Below, one piece after another: positions 13,171 to 23,950 of a stretch of 64,000 nt of DNA. The stretch's first letter is position 1. The number at the start of each line of letters is the position of its first letter. This DNA comes from Scyliorhinus canicula (lineage: Eukaryota). Position numbers and translations under genes: made by a program. The notes under the pieces are model-generated. The model was not told where the DNA came from and searched no databases. It was given only the letters and a program-made list of their open reading frames with translations. The DNA is taken from assembly GCF_902713615.1 (NCBI RefSeq), contig NC_052169.1:17628439-17692438 (forward strand). The letters are read 5' to 3'.

Positions 13171-13193
13171 GGCAATTAAATATATATAGCCCC

Positions 13194-13765
13194 GGGCCAA
13201 ATTTGCGTTTGGCGTGGGGGTGGAGAATCCACTTTTACTCGTTAATTTGGCCCGGCGCCACTCCTGGGCTCCGGTCCTCGGAGAATCACCCGCGTGCGAT
13301 TTATGCGGCGCGGCTGGGGAGGGCATTGCCAGAGACCCTCCCAGCGATGCTCCGGTCCTGACTGGCCAAATTCCCGATGGCATGGTTCCAACCACGTCTG
13401 GCCGGTCGGGACTCTCACGTGGCGTTGGGGGGGGGGGCTGATGGGCGGCCGGGGCGGCGATCCATTGGGTTTGATGGAGTGGCGTGGGGCAGATCGTTGG
13501 GATCTTGGTTGTTGGTCCAGGTCCACCGGCTGAGTCCGCCATCGCGTTCGGCTCGGCCACTGGAGGCCGCTGCCGTGCGCATGCGTGGACTCGGAACCAG
13601 AAGTGCGGGGGCCCGTATCCGCAGCTATAGCTGCAAGAAGCACTCCAGGGCCCTGCCAGCCCCATACAGGTAGGTGAATAACCCTTGAATTTTTTAAGGA
13701 AAGTCTGGCATGTACGTTTTTACATCGGCGTGGAGTCCTAGCCCCATTTTTGGAGAATCCAGCCC
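13194..13765. mobile_element. GC-rich MITE (Harbinger-like TIR)
   Basis: Ends GGAGAATCCAGCCC; CpG-rich interior. Confidence 0.7.
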
Positions 13766-13780
13766 ATACTCTTCAAGCAT

Positions 13781-14707
13781 TGTAGTAATGAAACAGATAC
13801 ATTTTTCTCAATCATAAAATGCAAGGCATAATGGGACATCGCTAACTAAACTTGGCCATATTCTTTAGAAAAGAGGATTCACAAAGAATACAGCCTGTTC
13901 AGCAGGAAGCATTTCTTATCAGCAGCTCCATACAGCCCTTGCAAATATAGACAATGGTTCCAGTCAGGAAACAAGCTAAGATAGGAAGGATTGCAGACAC
14001 AAAGAACCGAGGACAGTTAATAAGGGGTCTGAAAAAACATTTGGAGATCATGAGAAAAACCCTAAAGGCCTACGAGCTGGTCACGCAGCCCCAAGCTGCC
14101 TAGTCGCCAAAATCCATTGGTCAATGTATGTAATCTATAACAGTAATGATTGGATCGTGTCCAGCCAAGGTGGCCTACCAGCCTTTTGAAAATTATATAA
14201 GTACCGAACTAAGAACAATATAAATTGAAATGAAATGAAAATCGCTTATTGTCACAAGTAGGCTTCAAATGAAGTTACTGTGAATAGCCCCTAGTCGCCA
14301 CATTCCGGCACCTGTTCGGGGAGGCTGGTACTAGAACTTGCCCCAGATTGCTTTCCCACGTACATTGGCCAAGCTAGAAAAATAACGGCCCACTTTAACC
14401 CGAGTTGCTGTCTACACAAGTCTTTATGTTAGCTGAGCCTTGGGCAGCACGGTGGCCTAGTGGTTAGCACAACCGCCTCACGGCGCTGAGGTCCCAGGTT
14501 CGATCCCGGCTCTGGGTCACTGTCCGTGTGGAGTTTGCATATTCTCCCCGTGTCTGCGTGGGTTTCGCCCCCACAGCCCGAAAATGTGCAGAGTAGGTGG
14601 ATTGGCCACGCTAAATTGCCCCTTAATTGGAAAAAATTATTGGGTAATCTAAATTTATAAAAAAAAAATGTTAGCTGAGCCGTAATTTAGAAGTGAAATC
14701 CTTCACA
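13781..14707. mobile_element. Possible solo LTR interrupted by two SINEs
   Basis: TGTAG...TCACA termini and a TATAA; no clear TSD. Confidence 0.3.
14440..14667 (+). mobile_element. V-SINE, poly(A)-tailed subfamily
   Basis: 14-bp TSD ATGTTAGCTGAGCC; similar copies at 21510-21720, 24860-25085, 27830-27995. Confidence 0.9.
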
Positions 14708-15145
14708 TGAAAGCCATCTTCATATTCAGTCTCTTAAAATGCTCCTACATATTCCAATTAGGCAACCCATATATTTCAAATACCACTTATGTATAAAGTT
14801 AACAACCAGGATTTACTTGCTTATCTTGGTGCAGAGTCCTTGATGAGAGAAAGCTTTTATTAGGACCAAGCTGAAAACCTTCTGCTCAGCTTTGGAAGCA
14901 ACGCCTTTGTCCAGACTGACCTGGCCCCTCCCATTAGCTACATCAGCTACACTCAAAGCACACAGCATTCTTTTGTCTCTTGTTAAAAGCCTTGATTTGT
15001 TTAGCCAGGCTCAAACTATTACAACATTATGTTAGTTCTCAACCTGCAAACAGGTAAAATGGCACTATATATCTATTAGCAAAACACTTGCCTTGCAAAG
15101 ATCACTGATTATCTTACGCTTAATCACAGCTCTGATAGACATACT

Positions 15146-15646
15146 GGGCGAGATTCTCTGTTGCCCGACGCCGATATTGTAATCGGCGATCAGGCATAGA
15201 ATCACCTCTAACGCCCAGGTCAGAGCCGGTGCAGGTTTGACGCTGGTCAGCCATGCTCTGCCCCCTCAGACATGGCGTAATCACGACGTGCGCCTCTTGC
15301 AACGGCGTTGGCGCGTCATCTGCAGGCCCTCTTACGATGCTCCGCCCCCCGATGGACTGGGCTCCCAATGGTGCAGGAGACTTGTGGTCTCGGCAGTCAG
15401 GAACCCGGTGGGGCAGCTGCGAACTGTGTCCAGCGTGCCGCACTCAGTCAGGATCTGTGCTGCCGGCCCGGGGGTGGCTTCCGCGAGGGGCTGGGGGAGA
15501 CTGGTGAGAGTTTCACCTGGCGCCGCTGCCAGCCCCTCACCAGTCCCGGAATCAGTGAGGGGTTGCTACCAACTCTTTGGTGGTAAACCTCCCACAAATT
15601 CTCCATTTGAGCCGGCACTTAGCTGCTGAAACGGAGAATCCAACCC
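15146..15646. mobile_element. GC-rich MITE
   Basis: GGGCGAGATTCTCT ... GGAGAATCCAACCC. Confidence 0.75.
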
Positions 15647-15996
15647 ATAGTCTGCAAGAATTTTAACCTCGGTTTTTAATAACATTACTGCAAATATAAA
15701 ATATGACCACTTCTTATATTCATCAGAGTAGATGTGGTGTCTCGCTACACTTGACCTTAGTTATATTCTCAATGTACATTTTACGTTTCGTGTCAAACGT
15801 TCTCCAGTTCAGGCAATTTGAGAGGTTTCACGTGCTTCCCAGAGCCTCGGAGCGAGAGGGCATTAGACACCATCCTTGTCCCTCCACGCCTTTGCAGCGG
15901 CTGCCCCAGGCTTTAGCGAGTCCCTCAGCATGGACATCAGGATGCGCTAGTCTGCAACAAGCGGGGTGGAGATTTCCCTTCTGGAGACCAAGGGTG

Positions 15997-16560
15997 GGGC
16001 TGGAAAATGCGTTGAGCCGTTCAAACGTCCATTGAGTTTGGCGAGACCGGAGGATCCCACAAGCGGGAGGAGCTGTAATATCCAGCACTGTGTGCAGTGG
16101 TGGGCAGGGAAATCCACATGATTCCCGCTGCGCCGCCTGAGGTTTTCACGCCAGATTTCCCGCTTTTCAGCTCATTCCTTCTGCAGCAACGAGCAGCTCG
16201 CTGCATCCTGTAACAAGCTGGGATTTGTCCGTCCCAAAATTACCTCATGGGGTTCAACGTCTGGGCGCCGTGTTAAATGATATCCACATATACGTTCCCA
16301 CTCTGCAGGATTTGTTGCAGCAAAGACAAGAAAGGTCCTGAGTTGATCCAGGCTATCCTTGGCCCTCAAATTCAGCAACAGCTCCCTGGGGAGACTCCTC
16401 CAGGCAATCCAGGACTTGCAGGAGGGCCTCTACCCCAGAGATGGCAACAGGAGGAGGCCTTCCAACCTGACCGTACTAGCTTGGGAGGACATCACCAGGA
16501 GATCAGTGCCTGTGTATCTCAGACAAGGACCTCCCTGATATGCAGGTAGAGGGTAAGAGC
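15997..16560 (+). mobile_element. PIF/Harbinger remnant encoding a broken Myb/SANT-like protein (~16359-16553)
   Basis: ALKFSNSSLGRLLQAIQDLQEGLYPRDGNRRRPSNLTVLAWEDI/QEISACVSQTRTSLICR; GGGCTGGA terminus. Confidence 0.7.
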
Positions 16561-16679
16561 TCCACCAGAGCCCAACAGGAAGCAAGTTGACATGTCTTTT
16601 CAAACATCACACCAGCATTTCACTGCCTAAGGCAGCCTTCAAAAGGCAAGAACAGTGACATGTAGAAGGAGGTCGCATA

Positions 16680-17378
16680 TCAGGTAGCTCCCGCTAGAGT
16701 TCCTGGGTTTTTGGTCCTTTTAAGCCGGTTCCCAGGGGTTATTGGTGGACAGATTTGTGTAATTTGAGAGCCTTTTGTGTAAAGATGTCAAAAGGCGCAA
16801 AAAAGAACTGATTGACGAGCACTCCCGGTCCCATCCAGGGGTGATGAAGCTGCAGAAGAAACCAAAGCCATGCTCCCGAAGCCACGGATGCCCAAGCCAG
16901 CGCCTGCATCACCACCGAAGCTACAATGATCGCAGAGGACGACCAGGGCCCCCGATCGACAAATTGCTTCATTCTGATTGTAAATAAATACTGTAAATAG
17001 TTGTGACATGTAACGAGGCAAAACACTGTGCTAATGTATACCGGGTACCACCATAACTTCAACCTCTACCACTGTATAACGCGAGACCACCACCCCGCCG
17101 GGCTCTTTTTTTTAACAGGGGGTGAATGTGGTAGTCGGTATTGGGGTATTACGGTTCCCAGGTTGATGCTGTAAGACCATTGGTGTGGGAGGTATCTGAG
17201 ACTGCTGTATCATTGGTGAAGCCTGCCTGCTGGTTCCACCCAGTAAGGCGGAGTATAAGAGCTTGTGTCTGCCCAGCAACTGCATTCTGTACCTGCGCTG
17301 CTGGGGGAAACATCTAGTACAATAAAGCCTTCAATTGTCGTCCAATCTCGCTTCTGGAGTCATTGATCGAGCATCACA
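16680..17378 (+). mobile_element. Gypsy-like LTR retrotransposon 3' remnant with 3' LTR (17127-17378)
   Basis: Degenerate pol tail (S QRTTRAPDR), purine tract AACAGGGGGTGAA, LTR TGTGG...TCACA with TATAA and AATAAA. Confidence 0.75.
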
Positions 17379-18149
17379 TATCATAGAATCCTTACATCGC
17401 AGGAGGCCATTCGGCCCATCGAGTTTGCAGCAGCCCTTGGAAAGAACATCCTACTTAAGCCCATGCCTCCAACCAATCCCCATAACCCAGTTACCCCACC
17501 TAACCTTTGGACACCAATTTATCATGGCCAATCCACCTAACCTGCACATCTTTGGACTGGGAGGAAAGCGGGAGCACCCAGAAGAAATCCACATGGACAC
17601 GGGGAGAACGTGCAAACTCCACACCGTCACCTGAGGCCAGAATCGTACCCGGGTCCCTGGTGCAGTGAGGCAGCAGTGCTAACCACTGTGCCACCCATGA
17701 TTGAATGGCAGAGCAGACCTGTTAGGCCGAGTGGCCTAATTCTGCTCCTGTGCCTTGTGGCCTTATCTCCAGCTCTGCGGCAGTACGCTCGGAGAGGACA
17801 TTCAACGAGAGGAGAGCAGAGTCTTGGGATAAGGGCTGAGGGGAAGAGGAATTTCTTCACTCGAAGGGTTGCGAATCTTTGGAATTTCTACACCAGCGGG
17901 CAGTGGATGGTGAATCATTGAAGATGTCCGAAGTAGAGAGTTTGAGGTGGACGGATTCTGAAGGATAAATAGAAAATGTTTGAAGTGGAAGATGGGTCAT
18001 GGTTGAGCTGGACACAAAGTCTGGTCAACTCCTGTCCTTGTTCCTTTTTCTAATTGTTTGTGTTGAGAATTTTGATTTATAAAATCCAAAATTTGGGAAT
18101 CTCACTCGTTATGGTTGGAAAAATCACATTGTCAAGTTGCCAACTGGCC

Positions 18150-18430
18150 ACCTCCCTGGCCGTTGGCTTCTGGGGACTCTCCCGCCTTGAACAATGGGGC
18201 CAGTCCGGGAGGGTTGGCAACCCCAGCGGCGGCCGCCCGGCTTGACGGTCGTGAAGTTCTATTTTGCGACAGTATCGCCGGCCTCTCGGCCGACAGCGGT
18301 TACCCCGGCGACGGGTCCAGGGCCGGCGATGGAGGCCGCGGGCCGGGAGGGGAGTGAGTTTGTCGCTGGCTGCCGGCACTGCTGAGAGAATCTTTCACCA
18401 TTAAACCGCACCCCCCCGGCCCAACTCCCC
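18150..18430 (+). promoter_or_regulatory. CpG-rich promoter/first exon of LRRC61-like with an RFX X-box candidate
   Basis: High CpG density outside any recognised repeat; GTTACCCCGGCGAC at 18299-18312. Confidence 0.6.
18329..18353 (+). CDS. LRRC61: LRRC61-like coding exon 1 (MEAAGREG, phase 1)
   Basis: GCGATGG Kozak context in a CpG-rich segment, GTGAGT donor, phase matches exon 2. Confidence 0.75.
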
Positions 18431-18434
18431 GCCC

Positions 18435-18910
18435 TCCCTGACCCTTGTCCCTCCCTCCCTGACCCTTGTCCCTCCCTCCCTGACCCTTGTCCCTCCCTCC
18501 CTGACCCTTGTCCCTCCCTCCCTGACCCTTGTCCCTCCCTGACCCTTGTCCCTCTCTCCCTGACGCTTGCCCCCACCCTGGCCACGTGACCCTATCTCAG
18601 CACCTGACCCTTGCTTACCCTCTGACCCTGGAACCCGCTCTAAACACATGACCCTTGAACAGCCCCAGTCACTGACCCCAGAACCTCTCTGACCCTTGAC
18701 TGCACACTCACTGACCCTTGACCCCAGCCACCGTCACCTCACCCCGCTCTCCCCAGCTTCCTAACCCTGACACTGCCTCCCTCTGTCCCCAAACACCTCA
18801 CCCAACCTGCACCCTGACCGCGAAACACACCCCTCGCCTCCGGCCACCTCGCCCTGACAAACCACTCTGGCCACCTGACCCCCACACAGTCCCTCTCACC
18901 CTGGCCCCCC
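18435..18910. repeat. 21-bp repeat CCCTGACCCTTGTCCCTCCCT (~6 clean copies), then degenerate TGACCC units
   Basis: Seen directly. Confidence 0.85.
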
Positions 18911-18915
18911 TCTTT

Positions 18916-19235
18916 GGGCAGCACAGTGGTTAGCACTGCTGCTTCACAGCGGCAGGGACCCGGGTTCGATTACGGCATTGGGTGATTCATGACTTGGGTC
19001 CCTGTCTGAGCGGAGTCTACACGTTCTCCCCGTGTCTGCGTGGGTTTCCTCCGGGTGCTCCAGTTTCCTCCCACAAGTTCCGAAAGATAGGTTTGTTAGG
19101 TGAATTGGACATTCTGAATCCGTCCTCTGTGTACCCGAACAGGCGCCGTAGTATGGCGACTAGCGGCTTTTCACAGTAACTTCATTGCGGTGTTGATGTA
19201 AGCCTACTTGTGACACTAATAAAGGTTATTACTAT
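18916..19235 (+). mobile_element. V-SINE with GTGACAATAA(ATT)n tail
   Basis: Same subfamily at 8190-8497 (-), 12612-12925 (+), 43452-43741 (-), 57100-57403 (-). Confidence 0.85.
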
Positions 19236-19359
19236 TGACCAGGTGACCTGGACTCGTCCCGCCATCCCTAACGTCTTAGCATCTCTGACCAATGCCCTCC
19301 TTACTCACACCGGGCCTGCGCTTGCCTCACATTTCTTTTCTCTTTCTGTTTTCTTTCAG

Positions 19360-19455
19360 GAGATCAAAATGTAAAAATCACGGCGCAGATGCTCAAGTCA
19401 AAAACCGGACAATTTGACCTGGAGTCAATTATGCTCCTGAAGCTGAAGAATGTTG
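19360..19455 (+). CDS. LRRC61: LRRC61-like exon 2 (RDQNVKITAQMLKSKTGQFDLESIMLLKLKNV)
   Basis: Polypyrimidine tract plus CAG acceptor, GTGAGT donor; resembles the LRRC61 N-terminal motif ITxxLLKSxTGxFxLESIxLLKL. Confidence 0.9.
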
Positions 19456-20973
19456 GTGAGTAGAAGGGTAATTGGGGCAACTCTCTCAAATCCTATCAAA
19501 CTGCTGAATATTTGCGACTGCTCCAATTCCTTATGAACAAGGCTCTGGGTTAATCCCCTGAGCAAAACTAGTTTCAGTATCGCATTAATATGTTGCTCAT
19601 TCAAGTAACGCAGTTGCCAGTATGTACTCTCGTGTCTTGTACCTCCATCGCTTCCCAGAGAACTCTACAATCAATAGATTAGTGCTTGAAATTGAGTGGC
19701 GTGTTGCAGGCAAAAACTAGATTTACATCCACTCCAGAGTTAAAACCAGGCAGATAATGTGTGTTTTGAGATGGTGGTTGAGGGTTAAATGTTGTCCATG
19801 ACAACGAGAAGCCTGCTTCCCTTTGTTTGACTAACGCCACATGATCTTTTATGTCCCTGCGAGCTGGCAGATGTGGCTTCTGTTTTTTTCAGCCAAAAGT
19901 CTAATTATTACTGTAATTATCAGGTTGTTAATTAAGGATGCGTGCACTATACCTGTGTTTAATATTTAAATAGACATTATACCCTCTCACTGCTGTTTTA
20001 AATATGTGGCTGAATAAATCTGCAGGTAAACCAATTTTATCTGTGGTAACATGCTGAGTTTTTAGAGTGATGTAACCCCATAACCAGCAACGTATTGTGC
20101 TAAAATTCTAGTAATGAACTGCTCGCTTCTTCTTTCCAGCTCATCAGTGTGGGAACAAGAAGATTCCCTTTCCTTCCCATGTACTGAATGATCTGTTGAG
20201 CTGCTTGCAGAAAAATACTTTTCACTGTACCTTGGTACACGTGACAATAAACAAATCCAATCCAATCCCTCAACCGCTTACCCTTGTCGAATAATTTCTG
20301 ATTACATTTTTTAAGAAGCCCACCCTTTCCCTCTCTCTCTTCGGCTTGTCTCTCTTCTGCTCCCTCCCTTTGTTTTTCTTGATGTGGAGATGCCGGCGTT
20401 GGACTGGGGTGAGCACAGTAAGAAGTCTTACAACACCAGGTTAAAGTCCAACAGGTTTGTTTCAAACACGAGCTTTCGGAGCACGGGAGAGGGGGCAGGA
20501 AGGCAGTAAATTCGGCACAGAAGGAGACCATTCAGCCCTCCATGCCGGCGCTAGTCATGTGACTAAGCATGTCAGGATGGCAAGGCGTAAATGAGGAGCT
20601 TGTGTTATCGAACAGGTCCGACATAGTCCCACCACTGCCGAATGCCACATTGGCTCCCATCTTGCAGGCATTTTATTTTGAAACAATGAATACTAAGTTC
20701 TTGTCTCAGCTTTCAACAGTACACAGCTGGATTTTGGTGGTCAAGTTTCTTTGAGAAAATGAGACTATCCTTCACTCTGCAATATCAACTAATTATTAAT
20801 CAAATATTTGAAAAGCAAATCCAAAATTTTAAAATAGCCAAGACAGAAGAACGTTTCTTTCAAGTTTGAGGGTTTGCCAAGAATGAGTGCAAAAAGAATT
20901 AATATTTGTGGTAACAAAAACGGTAAATACTGGCCGATCTCAGCAGGTCTTGCAGTATATGTGGAGACAGAAG

Positions 20974-21016
20974 AGAGCTAACGTCTTGAGTCTGGATGGC
21001 TCTTTGTCAAAGCTCT
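20974..21016 (-). ncRNA. Minimal hammerhead motif, U3-A8 variant (decayed)
   Basis: Reverse complement AGAGCT-TTGACAA-A-GAGCC ATCCA GACTC-AAGA-CGTT-AGCTCT; 6-bp stem I. Confidence 0.6.
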
Positions 21017-21161
21017 GCTCAACTTGTCATCCCGACTCGAAACATTAGCTCCGTTCTCTCTCCACAGATGAGATTGCCCCATATTTTCTGTTTTTGTTCC
21101 GGATTCCTGTATCTGCAGTAATTTGCTTTGATCTTAATATTTGTGGTGTTGCTCGCCGCAG

Positions 21162-21308
21162 GGATTTGCAACCTTGGATGCATTGGAGACTGTGTAAACC
21201 TGGAGCGACTGGACTTATCAGGAAACAACATCTCAAACCTCACTCCCCTCGCCTCACTCAAGCTTCTCACAGTGCTCAACTTGTCAGCCAATCGGATCTC
21301 CAAACTTG
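21162..21308 (+). CDS. LRRC61: LRRC61-like exon 3 (GICNLGCIGDCVNLERLDLSGNNISNLTPLASLKLLTVLNLSANRISKL)
   Basis: Two LxxLxLSxN leucine-rich repeats, CAG/GTAAG boundaries, phase 1/1. Confidence 0.92.
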
Positions 21309-22419
21309 GTAAGCTGGCTTTCCTGGATTGTGAGCACAAAGCCTGATAAGCTTAATAACAACTAGGATGTTAAATCTCTCTGCCGATTATTTTTACCCCA
21401 ACCTGCAATTGTTTAGTAACAGTTTGGGCTGAGAGAAGCTCAGCTACAGAATGTGCTGTGTTTCCGCGTGCACTGTAACACGCCTTGATTCTCTTTTAAA
21501 TGGAGAATTCATAGCACTGCTGCCTCTCGCCGCCGAGGACCCGGGTTCGATCCTGGCCCCGGGACACTGTCCATTTGGAGTCTGCACATTCTCCTCGTGT
21601 TTGCTTGGGTCTCACCCCCACAACTCAAAAGAGGTGCAGGGTGGGTGGATTGGCTACGCTAAATTGTCCCTTAATTGGAAAAAAAATGAATTGGGTACTG
21701 TAAATTTATTTTACAAAAAGGGGAATTCCATCATGCTCTAGAAAAGCAACATTTGTACGGCCAATGCGAAAAGTGGGGTGGGGCAACAGGTGAATTGGTC
21801 TAGCAGAGAGCCAGCATGGGCACGATGTGCAGAATGGCCTGCTTCTGTGTTTCTATGATTATTCGAGATAAGAAGCTGCTCAGGACTAGACATAGGCATA
21901 TAATTCCTACAGTGCAGAAAGAGGTCATTTTGCCCATCGAGTCTGCACTGGCCCTCTGGAAGAGCACCCTACCTAGGCCCTCTTCCCCACCCTAACCCTG
22001 TAACCCCACCGAGTCTGCACACCTTTGGACACGAGAGGCAATTTAGCATGGCCAATCCCCCTAACCTGCACACCTTTGGACTGCGGGAGGAAACCGGAGG
22101 AAACCCACACGCAGACACTGGGAGAGCGTGCAGACTCCACACAGGCGAGGCTGGAATTTGAACCCGGATCCGTGGCGCTGTGAGACAGCAATGCTGACCA
22201 CCGTGCCGCCCAGTCCTCTCCCTTGCCAGCGCTTCACCTGTGCTTTCTGGTCTGCCAACTGTACAATAGAACAACTGCATGACAAACTTAATGCAAACTT
22301 CACTTCAGCAGTTCGAGGCAGGGCCCTGCTTGTCCTAATAACTGGCACAGCTGTATTGTCACTGGGTTCTTCAGCCAAATTGGCCATCAGTAACACCCTG
22401 AGCATCAGAGAGGCCTGGC

Positions 22420-22790
22420 ATAAAAATAGAAAGAGTTGCATTTATATCTGATGTCTCGGCATTTTACAGCCAATGAAGTACTTTCTGAAGTGTGATCACT
22501 AAGAAACACAGTAACCAATTTGTAAACTCCCACAGACAGCACGATGATAATGACCAGATAATATGTTTACTTTTGTGTTGATAGAGAGATAAATATTGGC
22601 CAGGACACTGGGGATAATTCTTCTTCAAAACAGTGCCATGGGATCTTTTACATCCACCCGAACAGGCAGATTGAGTCACGTTTTAATGTCCCTTCCAAAA
22701 GATGGCACATCTGACAGTGCAGCTCTCCCTCAGTCCTGCACTGGAATGTCGGTCGAGGTCTTTTGTACACGAGGCAAACAGGACTGGCCA
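22420..22790 (-). mobile_element. Old Deu-domain SINE (SacSINE1-like)
   Basis: GTGTCCTGGCCAATATTTATCTCTC...ATTATCTGGTCATTATC core; related copies ~7090-7320, 9400-9630, 37060-37360, 49810-50100. Confidence 0.65.
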
Positions 22791-23068
22791 GTGAACCCGG
22801 GTGATCTTTGACCTGAATTCCCCCTGATCTCCAGATCCCTTGATTTTTCTGCTGGAGACCAGGAATACCTTTCGTATTGTTCGGCTGACCTGTCCAGCAC
22901 CAAACTCTGCCGCAGTGTGATGAATGGAAACCTCAGCTTAACAGGAAATTAAGGGGGTCAAAAGGTCAATATAGGAATCAGGTGAATGAATCACGGGTTA
23001 GGGGCGCTGAGTTCCTCTGTGAAATCCAAATGAGCTGGAAAAAAAGATATATTATTTGGTGACTCCTT

Positions 23069-23684
23069 GGGCGGGATTCTCCAATAATGGGGCTATGTCC
23101 CCGGTGTGAAAACCGGCACCAACAACTCCGGCATCAACGGCCCCCGAAAGTGTGGAATTCTCCCCTTTCTAGGGGGCTAGGTTGCCGCCGGAGTGGTTCC
23201 CGCAGCTCCAGTTGGCGTGGAACGGCCCGCGCGATTTCGCGCATGCGCGGAACGGGCCGTCTCCGCACCGGCCCCCGGGCAATATGGGGGAGCCCTACAG
23301 GGGCCTGACGTGGAGTAAAGTAGGCTCCCAAGGAACCAGCCACCCCGCCGATTGGTAGGCCCCGATTGCAGACCGGCCACCGTGTCCCCCCCCCCCAGGG
23401 TCAGATCCCCCTGCCCCCTCCCCCCCCCTCCAGGACAGCCCCCGCACACTCACCTTTGAGGTGAGTAATCCACGCCGGCGGGACTGGGCATAACTTGTCG
23501 GCCACTCGGCCCATCGGGGCCAGGAGAATCGGCGGGGGGGATGGTGGGCGCTGTCAACGGCCCCCGAGTGGCATGGCAGCGATCCCGCCAGCGCCGGAGA
23601 ATAGGGAAGCCGGCGGCCTGGCGGGATTCGTGCCTCCCCCCCGGGGATTCTCCGACCCGATGCAGGGTCGGGGAATCCCGGCCC
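23069..23684. mobile_element. GC-rich MITE
   Basis: GGGCGGGATTCTCC ... GGGAATCCCGGCCC. Confidence 0.8.
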
Positions 23685-23817
23685 TTATCTATGCTATATT
23701 TACAGGTTATAGCCTTTTAAACTCATCAGTGCACTCTGCCTGTCCCACATGTTTTGCGATGTTTTTGTTTTAACCTTGAATCATGTGCAGTAATTAATTA
23801 TTTTACTGGCGAATCGA

Positions 23818-23950
23818 CTTTGACAAAGAGTCATCTGGACTTGAGACATTGGCTCCGTTCTCTCTCCACAGCTGCTGTCAGGCCTGCTGAGATTGCCCAG
23901 TATTTTCTGCTTTTGTTTCAGATTCCAGCATCCGCTGTAATTTGCTTCGA
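23818..23950 (+). mobile_element. Penelope terminal-repeat fragment with decayed U3-A8 hammerhead
   Basis: CTTTGACAAAGAGTCATCTGGACTTGAGACATT followed by the same tail as 850-911. Confidence 0.65.

Noticed and set aside
13159-13673. Overlapping Pro/Arg/Gly-rich ORFs in GC-rich blocks (also 23.1k, 28.2k, 35.7k, 40.1k, 48.7k, 51.0k, 55.3k)
   Set aside because: Stop-codon scarcity in GC-rich MITEs; no recognisable domains
14442-14515. tRNA-like A/B box sequences (many copies)
   Set aside because: They are SINE heads continuing into V-domain bodies, not tRNA genes
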